From a virus: 64,000 nt of DNA. Below, in pieces: positions 27,062-36,527 of the stretch (position 1 is its first letter; each line of letters begins with the position of its first letter). The DNA is taken from positions 19,582 to 83,581 of IMG/VR virus record IMGVR_UViG_3300005095_000128. The stretch is one strand, 5' to 3'. Under the pieces are notes generated by a model. That model had not been told where the DNA came from and did no database searches. It was given only the letters and a program-made list of their open reading frames with translations. Made by a program: the position numbers and the translations under genes.

Positions 27062-27424
27062 ATGAACGGTGCGTGGCGTAGCAAAGAGGTCACGGTTGGC
27101 TACCTTTGCCGCATTGGCGAGGTGATTTTTGTTTATGAGGCTGGCCACGCACCGCCAAGTATCACCATCCCCATCCCAGTTACGTTGCCACGTGTCGTGG
27201 AAGGCAAGGAACTCCAGTCTATTCTTCTAGCAAAACCAGAGATCGTCGATCAATGGATGAAGTTCCCGCTCAACATCGGAGATCGAGTCGTGCACCTTGT
27301 CGTCTACGGAAGTGGCCACGAGTGTAGCCGACACTTTAGGTGCGAGTTCGGTGACGACTTTTTCCACAAGATGGCGCACGTGCTCAACGCGATCAACCGC
27401 GCGTTGCGCGGAGGTGGTAAGTGA
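27062..27424 (+). CDS. Hypothetical protein (leaderless)
   Basis: ATG at the predicted TSS. Confidence 0.6.
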   Translation: MNGAWRSKEVTVGYLCRIGEVIFVYEAGHAPPSITIPIPVTLPRVVEGKELQSILLAKPEIVDQWMKFPLNIGDRVVHLVVYGSGHECSRHFRCEFGDDFFHKMAHVLNAINRALRGGGK

Positions 27425-27912
27425 TGGAAAGCAAATGTGAACTGGTTAAGGTTAGCATAGCTGAGGCTGCCGATGGCATTGCATGGTTGTTGCTAAACCG
27501 ACACGAGCATATGTGGCTTGCGGCAAAGTTCGCCGCGATTTTGACAGAGCGTTTCGCGCGTATGGATGATGTAAGCGACGACGAACTCGTCGACACAATC
27601 CTGGCGTGGGGAGTGCGCTATTTGTACAACCATACCAATGGTTCCGTACACTTTCCGCACCACTCACTCTTTGCGTTCATTGCAGTAGCATCTCGACGGT
27701 ATGTGCTCACTTTAGATGGGCTCGGGCGCGTCTTGAGTGACACGTGGAGCTTGCGCTTTTCACTTACACAACGTGCACTAGGCGCGGATAGCGAACTCAT
27801 TGTTCGCGTAGGTGGAGCGATTTCGGAAGCGCTTGATCAGATCGGAATGCACGAGCTTGCATCCGATGTGTCGCTATCCACGGAAAGCATGCTAGTGCTC
27901 GAGGCTAGTTAG
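27421..27912 (+). CDS. Hypothetical protein
   Basis: Coupled ORF with GGAGG SD. Confidence 0.6.
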   Translation: MMESKCELVKVSIAEAADGIAWLLLNRHEHMWLAAKFAAILTERFARMDDVSDDELVDTILAWGVRYLYNHTNGSVHFPHHSLFAFIAVASRRYVLTLDGLGRVLSDTWSLRFSLTQRALGADSELIVRVGGAISEALDQIGMHELASDVSLSTESMLVLEAS

Positions 27913-28316
27913 AGCTCGAGTTCAAAAGCAGCAAGCTGTGCGGGTGCGCAACCGAGCGACGGGTCGATGATACTCACGGATACGCCGATGCTACCGTACT
28001 GCATGCAACCAGAGCGCAACATGACCATGATCGACCCGAAGTAATGGCCATCTAAGTTGAACATCAACGACGTGCCATTGCTAACGTGCGTAACCCGCAC
28101 GCGCTTGCTAGCGGCAACCTCCTTCACCTTGCCGCTCTCGTCTAGAATTACGTTGGCCGCATCTTTTGCTCCGTTGCGCACGATGAGCATGCGTGTCTCG
28201 CCATCGATGGCTACGCTGATTTGGTCTTTGCCGTAGTGCGCGTCGTCGAGTTCAATGCGGAACCCGTCGTCAAAGACGATCACCTTCGCATTTGGTTTAA
28301 TACGCCTAACCCTCAT
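27909..28316 (-). CDS. Hypothetical beta-rich protein
   Basis: ATG 9 nt after TATAAT. Confidence 0.55.
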   Translation of the reverse strand: MRVRRIKPNAKVIVFDDGFRIELDDAHYGKDQISVAIDGETRMLIVRNGAKDAANVILDESGKVKEVAASKRVRVTHVSNGTSLMFNLDGHYFGSIMVMLRSGCMQYGSIGVSVSIIDPSLGCAPAQLAAFELEL

Positions 28317-28374
28317 CTCGCCGACATTATAGCGGCGTTGTGGTGAGGTTGCCAATATGCTAACATCTGAGGTG

Positions 28375-28665
28375 ATGGAAGTCGGGCTCTACACGATCGA
28401 CAAAAGTAAGCCGGTGGATAGCATTGCTCGCGTGATCCGCCGCACACGAGAGCGTCGCGGGATTCCACAGCGCGAACTTGCCGCGAGGACCGGCAAGACG
28501 CGCACGACGCTAAGTAGGATGGAGTCTGGCAAGCACGACTTGCGCATTAGCACGATCGTCGAGTTGCTCGACGAGCTCGGCATGGAGCTCATTGCCGTTG
28601 ACCGTGATACGGCGGCAATGCTACGCGACATGTTCGAGCTTGACAAAGAGAGAGACGCGGGTTAA
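28375..28665 (+). CDS. XRE/HipB-like HTH regulator
   Basis: IRRTRERRGIPQRELAARTGKTRTTLSRMESGK...ISTIVELLDELG. Confidence 0.88.
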   Translation: MEVGLYTIDKSKPVDSIARVIRRTRERRGIPQRELAARTGKTRTTLSRMESGKHDLRISTIVELLDELGMELIAVDRDTAAMLRDMFELDKERDAG

Positions 28666-28668
28666 GCT
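28640..28668 (+). promoter_or_regulatory. Consensus promoter driving the Y-RNA-like locus
   Basis: TTGACA-17-TAAGCT. No ORF follows for about 295 nt. Confidence 0.8.
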
Positions 28669-28708
28669 ATTGGCGATGTCCGATACGGGCACCCGACAAC
28701 GAGCAAGC

Positions 28709-28816
28709 GCGAGCGGTATGCCGTGGCGGGTTATTGGGCGAATAGCTAGAGGTTCGACTCCTCACCATAGCGCGGTCAAACCGCGCGTGACTCCCGCCAC
28801 GAGTTCGACCGCTCGC
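28709..28816 (+). ncRNA. Y RNA-like (YrlA-like) RNA 1 with tRNA T-arm
   Basis: Stems GCGAGCGGT/ACCGCTCGC and CGTGGCGGG/CCCGCCACG enclose GAGG-TTCGACT-CCTC and two more hairpins. Directly upstream of Ro60. Confidence 0.75.
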
Positions 28817-28833
28817 TTCTAATACGAGAATCT

Positions 28834-28917
28834 CCCCGGTATGCTGCAAGGGGTTACCGAATGTGGATCGGGACACCCTGCTAAGGTGTACAAACCCCCT
28901 TGCGAACTTGACCGGGG
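28834..28917 (+). ncRNA. Y RNA-like RNA 2
   Basis: Stems CCCCGGT/ACCGGGG and GCAAGGGG/CCCCTTGC with the same GGTATGC / GAxxTxGACC internal loop as RNA 1. Followed by a U-rich tract. Confidence 0.7.
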
Positions 28918-28964
28918 TTGATTTTTATCTCTAGGGGTGATAAGCTTGCTACCGGGAGGATGAG

Positions 28965-30467
28965 ATGCAGGTTAACCGTGTAAAGGGTATGTATAATAGT
29001 GCTCGTTCAAAGCTTCCTGGCCGCGAACATGAGATGACCTATAACGACGCCGGTGGCGCCGTCTTCATCGACGATGCGAAGCGACTCGAGCGGTTCATCA
29101 TTCTCGGCATCGACGAGGGGACGATCTACGCTACGCCGGAAGAAATCCATGAGCGTACCATCGAGCTTATTCGCGAGCTTCCCTATGAGACCTTCAAGCG
29201 CGTCATGATCGAGGCGGCACCGAAAGCGTGGCGCAAGCGGAACCCGATTGCGGCCATTGCGATCCGCGCCGCCCTTACCGACGATCGCGCTCTCATTTTC
29301 AACGATTTGCTACCGAACCTTCCTGGCTTGTTCAAGACGCCCTCCGACCTGCTTTACTTCGCCTCCATGTACCGTGGCGCGTTCAGGAAGCCGTTTAGCC
29401 GCTCGGTGCGCCGGTTCGTCCAGCGCAAGCTCCACGACTTCGACGACTACCAGCTTGCCAAGTACCGCAAGCGCTATGGCATTTCCACGAGCGATCTCCT
29501 AAAGCTCGCGCACCCGCACCCTGGCGATCGCAACGCTGTCTTCCACTACCTCCTGGATGGTGAATACACCGACGAACTTGCCGGCACCATCTTCGAGGGC
29601 CTCAAGCTGGCCAACATCGCCGGTACGGTCGACGAGGTGCTCAAGGTCGCCGAGCGCTTCAACCTCTCGTGGGAGATGCTCCCCTCGTGGGCGCTCAAGG
29701 ATGCGGACACCTGGGTTGGCCTCTACCGCATGGGCAAGATTCCGGCAATGGCGCTCCTGCGCAACGCATGGCGCTTTGACCGGGATGGCGTACCAGGCGA
29801 TGTTTTCGATAGCGTTGTGGAAGATCTCTCCAAGATCCACCGCCGTGGCGTGCACCCCGGGTACATCCTGACGGCCGCCATCGAGTTAAAGCGCCGCAAC
29901 GCAAGCTACGATTTGGTCGATGCGCTCTTCAAGGCGTTCGACGCCGCATCGAGTAGCAACGCTGCGCACGACATGCGCATCGGGCTTGCCATCGACAATA
30001 GCGGCTCCATGTGGTGGGGCATGATCGGTGGGATGTTGCGCCTCGAGGCCGCACTCGCGCTTGGTAGCGTGATCGACTCTGCCTTCCGGCGCGTATCGGT
30101 GACCTACTTTAGCAATAGAGCGTACAACCTCAACATCCGCCCGCGTTCCGCGCTCGATAGCTTCGAGGATACGTTGCGCGAGTATAGCGGAGGCACTAGC
30201 GTGGCTAGCGCTCTAAGCCACCTTGCCGATCGCCGTGGCGACGGATACGACGCGACCGTAGTGATCACCGACGAGCAGAACTGGGCTGGCGAGAGCGTGC
30301 AGATGACCTACCAGCGGCACAAGAAGACGCTTGGCAAGCTCATCATCGTGACCGTTGACGCTAGCGCGAAGGGCTCGCTCACCGACCCCAAGGATCCTGA
30401 CCAGGTGACGGTCGTCGGCTTGGTGCCCGAGATCGACAAGGTGATCGCTGAGTTCGTGCGCGGGTAA
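28965..30467 (+). CDS. rsr: Ro60/Rsr-like TROVE + vWA RNA-binding protein
   Basis: NDAGGAVF, RLERFIILG..GTIY, YQLAKYR, DLLKLAHP, MALLRN; vWA MIDAS DNSGSM, GGT, ITDEQ. Own promoter TTGATT-17-TAAGCT. Confidence 0.92.
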   Translation: MQVNRVKGMYNSARSKLPGREHEMTYNDAGGAVFIDDAKRLERFIILGIDEGTIYATPEEIHERTIELIRELPYETFKRVMIEAAPKAWRKRNPIAAIAIRAALTDDRALIFNDLLPNLPGLFKTPSDLLYFASMYRGAFRKPFSRSVRRFVQRKLHDFDDYQLAKYRKRYGISTSDLLKLAHPHPGDRNAVFHYLLDGEYTDELAGTIFEGLKLANIAGTVDEVLKVAERFNLSWEMLPSWALKDADTWVGLYRMGKIPAMALLRNAWRFDRDGVPGDVFDSVVEDLSKIHRRGVHPGYILTAAIELKRRNASYDLVDALFKAFDAASSSNAAHDMRIGLAIDNSGSMWWGMIGGMLRLEAALALGSVIDSAFRRVSVTYFSNRAYNLNIRPRSALDSFEDTLREYSGGTSVASALSHLADRRGDGYDATVVITDEQNWAGESVQMTYQRHKKTLGKLIIVTVDASAKGSLTDPKDPDQVTVVGLVPEIDKVIAEFVRG

Positions 30468-30469
30468 AC

Positions 30470-30859
30470 ATGGGCGTCGTGCACGTCTATAGCCCGAACT
30501 ACGGCTACTCCGGCAAGCTCCACCCGTGTCCGGTGTGCGGCTACGAATACGACCGCGGCGAGCACTACCTACAACGCCCGTGTCCCGTATGTGGCGCCGC
30601 CGAGCTCGAGGTCGAGAGCTTGCCGGAGCTTGTGCACGGCGCCGTCTCGACGTTCGTGCATAGGTATGGTATCCCGCGGCGTGAAATCGCCCAAGTTATT
30701 GGTATCTCGCCACACACGCTCAAGTCGTGGGAATACCGCAAGTGTACATATGAGCAGTTTGAGCGCTTTAGCGAGGCGATTCGCTTGATCGCCGCAGAGC
30801 GCAAGTTGTACGACGTGGCACGGCGTGAAGAGGCAGAGCACGAGAACGGAGGTGCATGA
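30470..30859 (+). CDS. Zn-ribbon + XRE HTH protein (MqsA-like architecture)
   Basis: CPVCG..CPVCG followed by GIPRREIAQVIGISPHTLKSWE. Confidence 0.7.
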   Translation: MGVVHVYSPNYGYSGKLHPCPVCGYEYDRGEHYLQRPCPVCGAAELEVESLPELVHGAVSTFVHRYGIPRREIAQVIGISPHTLKSWEYRKCTYEQFERFSEAIRLIAAERKLYDVARREEAEHENGGA

Positions 30860-31281
30860 TGGAATGGCTTGTCATTTGGTTCTACCTCATAGATGTCATC
30901 GACACTCTCAATATTCTTTCTGGTCTACTCGCACTTGCGGCTGCTGTCTTTGCTGGCATGGCATGGCTAGTGTCCATCATGACGCGATCGGAGCTAAGGA
31001 GCTATAGCGTACGCGACAATGAATCGGCACAGCGCATACTACTGGAGCAGTTTCGCATTGAGCGCAAGATCGCGATTGTACTCACCGTTGCATCCGTCTT
31101 GCTCACGACTATTAACGTGCTCGCACCATCCCGCACGACAATGGAAAGGATGCTAGCCGCAAAAGCGCTCGTTGAAGTTGTCAACACCGATGCAGCCAAG
31201 CGCATCATCCCGAAGAGCGTTGAGCTAATTGAACGCTACCTGGACAAAGCACTACGCGACGACGAAGACAACGGGAGGTAG
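30856..31281 (+). CDS. Membrane protein
   Basis: Two TM segments and APSRTTMERMLAA. Confidence 0.65.
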   Translation: MMEWLVIWFYLIDVIDTLNILSGLLALAAAVFAGMAWLVSIMTRSELRSYSVRDNESAQRILLEQFRIERKIAIVLTVASVLLTTINVLAPSRTTMERMLAAKALVEVVNTDAAKRIIPKSVELIERYLDKALRDDEDNGR

Positions 31282-31284
31282 AGC

Positions 31285-32040
31285 ATGGTGATCGCCGAGA
31301 ATGATGTCTTCGATCTAGACGACATTGATGGCCTAACGGAGGAGCAGAAGGCCCAGGTCGTTAGTTTGGTTGCTAGAAAGCTCTGGGAGCTTGAAGAGGG
31401 CACTACGGGGCGGCTCGACTTTGCCGGCAAGAGCTATGACCCGGCAACGATCGTTAAACTCGATGGCGCATACCGTGTGCACTCCTACGTTTATTCCCCA
31501 CAGGGACGTAGCTTCGTCGCACCCACGCTCAACGATGCGCTCAACCACTTTCTTGCGGCTGTGCTAATGAACCTTACGAAGCTACCGTGGTGCGCTGCTA
31601 AGGCGATGGCACTTACGCTTTTCCCTACGCCCACTCTCTTTACCGACGACGAGATCGCGCTAGCCAAAAAGAGCGGCATGTGGACAGGCGAAAAGTACGA
31701 CGCGCTTGCCAAGCAGCTATGCGCCGGCAAACGGGAGCAGCCGTTTGCCACCTACAAAGTTGATGGTGCGATCGACATTACCAACCTACTCATGGAGATT
31801 GCCGAGTACTACACGGTCGACGAGATTGGCCGCGCGTTCGTGTACGTGCGCATGGCAAACGAGCTCGCGCAAGATGGTCGCGCTCTGGTCGACAAAAGCG
31901 GTAAAGAGCCCTGGCTTTCCGTGCCGACCAACCCGCTTTACTTCAAGAACGGCTACCTGGTGGTTCCGCGCGGATACAAAGCGCGTATCGTCGAGGATGA
32001 GCGGCACTACGGCCGCGTAGTATTGGAGCGTGCGAAATGA
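31285..32040 (+). CDS. Hypothetical protein
   Basis: 251 aa with GGGAGG SD. Confidence 0.7.
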   Translation: MVIAENDVFDLDDIDGLTEEQKAQVVSLVARKLWELEEGTTGRLDFAGKSYDPATIVKLDGAYRVHSYVYSPQGRSFVAPTLNDALNHFLAAVLMNLTKLPWCAAKAMALTLFPTPTLFTDDEIALAKKSGMWTGEKYDALAKQLCAGKREQPFATYKVDGAIDITNLLMEIAEYYTVDEIGRAFVYVRMANELAQDGRALVDKSGKEPWLSVPTNPLYFKNGYLVVPRGYKARIVEDERHYGRVVLERAK

Positions 32041-32444
32041 CCTTCGAGGAGTGGTTCGAGTCGCTCGAGAGATCTGAAACGGAGAAGCTCGCCTATAGCC
32101 TCGTGATGGCGCTAAACGCCGAGCGGTCGTCGATCTGGCTCGCACCGACGGCGCGAGCACTTGTCGGCACGTTGATAAGCGCCGTTGCGTCCATTGCCCT
32201 ATCTCAGTGGTACATTATCGGCTTGCTCATCGGCCTTATCTTGCTCGAGGCAACGGCGAGCAAGGTCTACGTGCTTGGCGAACTCGACGAGGGTTTAGAG
32301 GAAAGCTTCATTACACAGCTATACGCGATGGCCTATTGGGTAGAACGGCACAACGTCGACAAGATGCGCTTCTTGCGCTACGCCACGATGGCGTACATGT
32401 GGGTAGTGGCGGTAGTGCTCGGCATACACCTCATCGCATTCTAG
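32037..32444 (+). CDS. Membrane protein
   Basis: Three hydrophobic segments. Confidence 0.65.
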   Translation: MTFEEWFESLERSETEKLAYSLVMALNAERSSIWLAPTARALVGTLISAVASIALSQWYIIGLLIGLILLEATASKVYVLGELDEGLEESFITQLYAMAYWVERHNVDKMRFLRYATMAYMWVVAVVLGIHLIAF

Positions 32445-32455
32445 GCGTCTACAAA

Positions 32456-32484
32456 AGTGCGGCGCGGCATAGCCGCGCCGCTTT
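32456..32484. terminator. Bidirectional terminator between convergent genes
   Basis: GCGGCGCGGC-ATA-GCCGCGCCGC hairpin. Confidence 0.75.
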
Positions 32485-32938
32485 ATGCATGCGCACCGAT
32501 ATATAGCGTGCCATACGTTGACGAGGCAACCATCACGTTCGACGGAGCAAACCATGTCACCGTGTCGAACGCGATGTAGTGATCGGTCTCGAGCTTCGCC
32601 GGGACGAATGCGATCCAGTCCTCGTCGCCGTAGAGCGTGGATAGCTTCTGTAGCTCGCGAGGCGCTTCGCCAAACCGCATCACGATGGCTAGGTTGCGTT
32701 CGACTGCATAGCGGATTGGTTCGATCTTCAATAGCATCTCGTCGAACTCGCGTTGTACGTCAAACCAGTATTGCGGCGTGGTCTTTAGATAGCGCGACAA
32801 CGCATTGGCGATGTCTTCGTTCACGACAAGCCATCCATCCAAGAATAGGGAGAGCACGTCGTCGTTTTCCATCTCAATGGCCAGTACGTCGTTGTTGCCG
32901 ATGAGTTCGTCCGCTACTACATGTGGTGGCTTTGCCAT
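32483..32938 (-). CDS. HigA/VapI-like antitoxin-fold protein (leaderless)
   Basis: VNEDIANALSRYLKTTPQYWFDVQREFD matches the HigA C-terminal pattern. Confidence 0.6.
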   Translation of the reverse strand: MAKPPHVVADELIGNNDVLAIEMENDDVLSLFLDGWLVVNEDIANALSRYLKTTPQYWFDVQREFDEMLLKIEPIRYAVERNLAIVMRFGEAPRELQKLSTLYGDEDWIAFVPAKLETDHYIAFDTVTWFAPSNVMVASSTYGTLYIGAHA

Positions 32939-32983
32939 GTGCGTAGTATAGCACACTAGCTAGCCATCAGCTATACTAAACGC

Positions 32984-33445
32984 ATGAAGCTCGTGCACAG
33001 AGATTTGTTTGACTCGGTACATACTATATCGCATGACACACTTGTCCTCGTCGTGACAACAAACCGCATGCAGGATAGCCGTGGGTGCCTTGTCATGGGC
33101 GCCGGAGCCGCCAAGCAGATGGCCGAGCTATACCCGCTAGCACCGTGCAAACTCGGACGCATCGTGGATGCAAAGGGCAAGGGCGATTACTACCTCGTGG
33201 TTTGGGAGGAGCACAGGCCACGCCTCGGTGCCCTACAGGCCAAGCGACACTGGCGAGACCCATCGCCGATTGGTCTCGTGCTATCGAGCATTGAGGCGCT
33301 ACGCCGCTATGCGCTTGAGAACCAAGATCTAGAGATCCACGTCAACTTTCCAGGTATCGGCCTCGGCGGATTAAAGGAACAGGAGCCCATTATCCTCAAG
33401 GCGCTAGAGCAGTTGCCGAGCAATGTCTTCGTGCACAAATTATAG
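32984..33445 (+). CDS. Macrodomain protein, Poa1p/TARG1/DarG-like (leaderless)
   Basis: DLF, VVTTN, VMGAGAAKQ..ELYP, KRHWRDPS, FPGIGLGGL motifs. Confidence 0.82.
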   Translation: MKLVHRDLFDSVHTISHDTLVLVVTTNRMQDSRGCLVMGAGAAKQMAELYPLAPCKLGRIVDAKGKGDYYLVVWEEHRPRLGALQAKRHWRDPSPIGLVLSSIEALRRYALENQDLEIHVNFPGIGLGGLKEQEPIILKALEQLPSNVFVHKL

Positions 33446-33486
33446 CCGCCAGCTGTTCTAGCTAGCGGCAATGCGTAGCCGATTGC

Positions 33487-35254
33487 TCACCAATGAAGCG
33501 GTATGTGTAGCATCTCCGGGCTTAGCACGCGCTCAACTACAACCAGGTTCTGTGAGGTTGTGAGGGCGAAGTCGTACACGTGAACGACATCTTTGCTCAC
33601 ATCTACTACGCCAAGCGAGAACTCGACACCATTGATGGACGGTTTGAAGGCATAAGCTAGGAGTAGCTGTGTTGACGCTACCTTGAGGATTTCAACGGAC
33701 GGAGGCGCATTCTCGTACTCCGATTTCGTGATGCCAATCTCAATGGGCGTGCTATATGCACGTGCGAGGATGGTCGTGCTAGGATTATCACCAAACAGGC
33801 TCATGTGTGGTACAATAGTGATGACATATGCGTGATTGCTCTTTTTGCTGACATAGAGAACGAGTAAGTCGTTAAACTCGTATGTACTTCCGCTAGAATT
33901 ACGCTCGTGCATTATACCACCCCCTCTACAATGACGCGAACAAGCACCTCGTCCACTCGCTCGTCATCAAATGCGAGCGACACATCGGCAACAAGATTGC
34001 GGTCTTCGATACGCCAATCAACGTATGCAGAATACAAGTGTTGCGTATTGCCGTTGAGATAGCTTACGTGTGCACTATACGCTTGTGCAACAAGCTCTAC
34101 GTAGCACTTACACGCGTCAACGCGCGACACTAGGACTTGCGTTAGTGCCGGTCCTTCGAACAAAGGGAATGGAACAATGAATTCCGTTGTCGGTACACCA
34201 TCGCCAGCGCCCTCAATGAGCACCTCGAGTGCATCATCGGGGTCGTCCCTCAAGAGGAAGCGCATGGTAGCGAAGTACGTGTTGTCGCGTCTAATGACGA
34301 TGGCGTCCTTATTTAGCCCGCTCTCGGCAACGACGGAACCGCTATCTGTCTTAGCGCTAATATAGGCGATACGCGTCTCATGTGCCAACTAGAACACCCC
34401 CTAATCGCACTCGATCTTTACTTCATCCAACTTGAAACTAGCACGCAAGCCGGCGTTAGCATTCTCGGCAGCAACGTCTAGCTCTGGTAGCTTACGGCGA
34501 ACCTCCTCCACGATTGCATCGTGAATTTCATGCCGGCTAAACCAGCTACCATCGAGGCGGATTGCGACAAACGCGCTATCCGACTCGTTGAACTCTTGCA
34601 CCACACGCTCGAGAGCGGCAACCGCTTCGTCGCTAGCACCTCCCCCCGGATAAGCCTCGAGTTCTATAACGAACACGTCCATGTAAATGCTCGGCATGCT
34701 TAACCTCCAATGACGAACAAGATGCTATGCCCGCGAACCGCCACACGCACTACATCGCCTTCGATGGTAATCTCAAAACGATAGCCTGGGCTGAAACGCA
34801 CGCTAAAGGTATCGCTATAAACGCGCTCTATGGCTAAGCCAGCTTCTGATAACACCCTATCGACCACGAGTGCGCCATTGCTTACGTCAAACGACACCGA
34901 GTTATCGTATTCGCTGTGGCTTGGACCGTAGATGACCGTCAAGTATTGCCCGTCAAAATACGCGTGATGCTCGTGGTCGAATGAGTACGCCTCACCAACG
35001 ACGCGGGCAAGCGCTACGCTCAATGGCTCGTCATTCTCGACTTTGAGCGGATGGCCGTATTGGAGCACGTCGGCTAGGCTCGTGTTCGCGGAAAGTTGCA
35101 GGAACACGAGCTCACCGCCTCGCTCCGATACACCGAAGGCGCCCCTCGCAGTGTTGCTAGCGATCACGCTCGAGTTGCGCACCAACCGCGCAAAGTCGTC
35201 AATGGAATGGACGACAATCACCTTCAGGTCTTCGACGTCTTGCCTTCTCATCAT
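33487..35254 (-). CDS. Operon of four hypothetical, mostly beta-rich ORFs (33487-33912, 33912-34388, 34401-34697, 34700-~35254)
   Basis: Coupled ORFs with SDs behind promoter TTGCAC-17-TAAGCT. Confidence 0.6.
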
Positions 35255-35397
35255 CTCACCCGCCCATAGCTTAACCCACAGGTGCATTATGTGCAACCGG
35301 TTGACGTAGCAACGAAAGTAGTGTACTATGCCTACTGGCGGACACTGCAGGGGCCTATGGCGAACCCCCTAGCCAACGAAGGCTAGGGGGCCTCGCC

Positions 35398-35922
35398 TTA
35401 TGGCATTGCGAACGCGAGCTTTCCATGAAGTGTGCCTAGTACGATCCCCCGCGTGCCGGGTAGTTGAATCGCCTCTTGCGCCTGCTCGGCGTTGCGCGGA
35501 ATGAAGGCCACCATCGTGTATTCTTTCTCAGCGCTATTGTCCTCGAAGAGCGTCTTGATGTTGTAATGGCTAGCGAAGCGCGAGTCCGAGTTTCCGACCA
35601 ATACCACACCCCACTGCACGGCTGTTTGGATGATCGGCGCTTGAATGATGTAGGTGTCAATGAGCGCTTGCCGCTTCAACCATTCATCTGCCGGAACTCC
35701 GGTGACGTGCTCAAGGCCGCTAGCGATCTGCTCGTCGATCACGATGTCGCCAAGTAGCAACTTTGCGAGTTGCGCGTGTGAAAGGCCGCCTTTGTTGAGC
35801 AGTGCTTCGATCGCATCGGCAGCGCCCGACACATCATCCTCGGTTGGCATGCCAGCAAGCATGTCGGCAAAGATAAGCGCCGGGTGCATGTAAGTTGGGT
35901 ATCCTGACAAGTCCTTACCCAT
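35398..35922 (-). CDS. Second HigA-like protein (paralogue of 32483-32938)
   Basis: MHPALIFADML...IDEQIASGLEHVTGVPADEWLKRQALID, with a similar C-terminal PIxxAV...AFIP...GxL region. Confidence 0.6.
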   Translation of the reverse strand: MGKDLSGYPTYMHPALIFADMLAGMPTEDDVSGAADAIEALLNKGGLSHAQLAKLLLGDIVIDEQIASGLEHVTGVPADEWLKRQALIDTYIIQAPIIQTAVQWGVVLVGNSDSRFASHYNIKTLFEDNSAEKEYTMVAFIPRNAEQAQEAIQLPGTRGIVLGTLHGKLAFAMP

Positions 35923-36290
35923 CAGAACTGCACCTCCTCGTATAGGTCGACCATCGAGTAGCACAATTCCACTATGGCAATGCCCCCGTTCTGCTCACCG
36001 TATGGCGCATAGGAGCATTTGTGCGTGACGTTGATGATGTACAACGTACTACCTGATTGGTAATGCCACTCTTTTGTCTTTATGTCCTGATACCATCCAA
36101 ACTCCTCGAGTACGGCTCCAATATGATGGAGTACGCGTGATAGGACATCTAGCTCTACGCCTAGCACAACGCTAATCCTGCACCCCACATCAAGCGAGTC
36201 ATCACGTATCTTGCGCACTCCATCTAACTGGAGCGCATTGGCGGCGGCGAGGTCGAATACGGCCGCGGGTGATTCACACTTCGTATCCAT
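35922..36290 (-). CDS. Hypothetical protein
   Basis: ATG 9 nt after TACAAT of a TTGCAT-17-TACAAT promoter. Confidence 0.6.
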   Translation of the reverse strand: MDTKCESPAAVFDLAAANALQLDGVRKIRDDSLDVGCRISVVLGVELDVLSRVLHHIGAVLEEFGWYQDIKTKEWHYQSGSTLYIINVTHKCSYAPYGEQNGGIAIVELCYSMVDLYEEVQF

Positions 36291-36527
36291 AGCAACCCCA
36301 TTGTACCCGGGTGGTGCAATATATGCAACCCCGCCTATATAGGCTCCATGCCGCGCACAAAAATCGCACTACCCCTCCCATCGGAAAATGGTGGGGGTGC
36401 GGTTAGGGTTGACACCATCGATACCGTGGGCTAGACTGATAGTGCCAGCTACGAGAACCCTTGTGGGAGTTGGGCCGGGCTCCGGGAAACCGGAGCCCGG
36501 AAGCTTTTTGTGTGTTATAGTGTGGGC

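Noticed and set aside
28709-28816. Canonical tRNA gene
   Set aside because: It has a T-arm but no proper acceptor stem/CCA or anticodon arm, and it is enclosed in long terminal stems next to Ro60.
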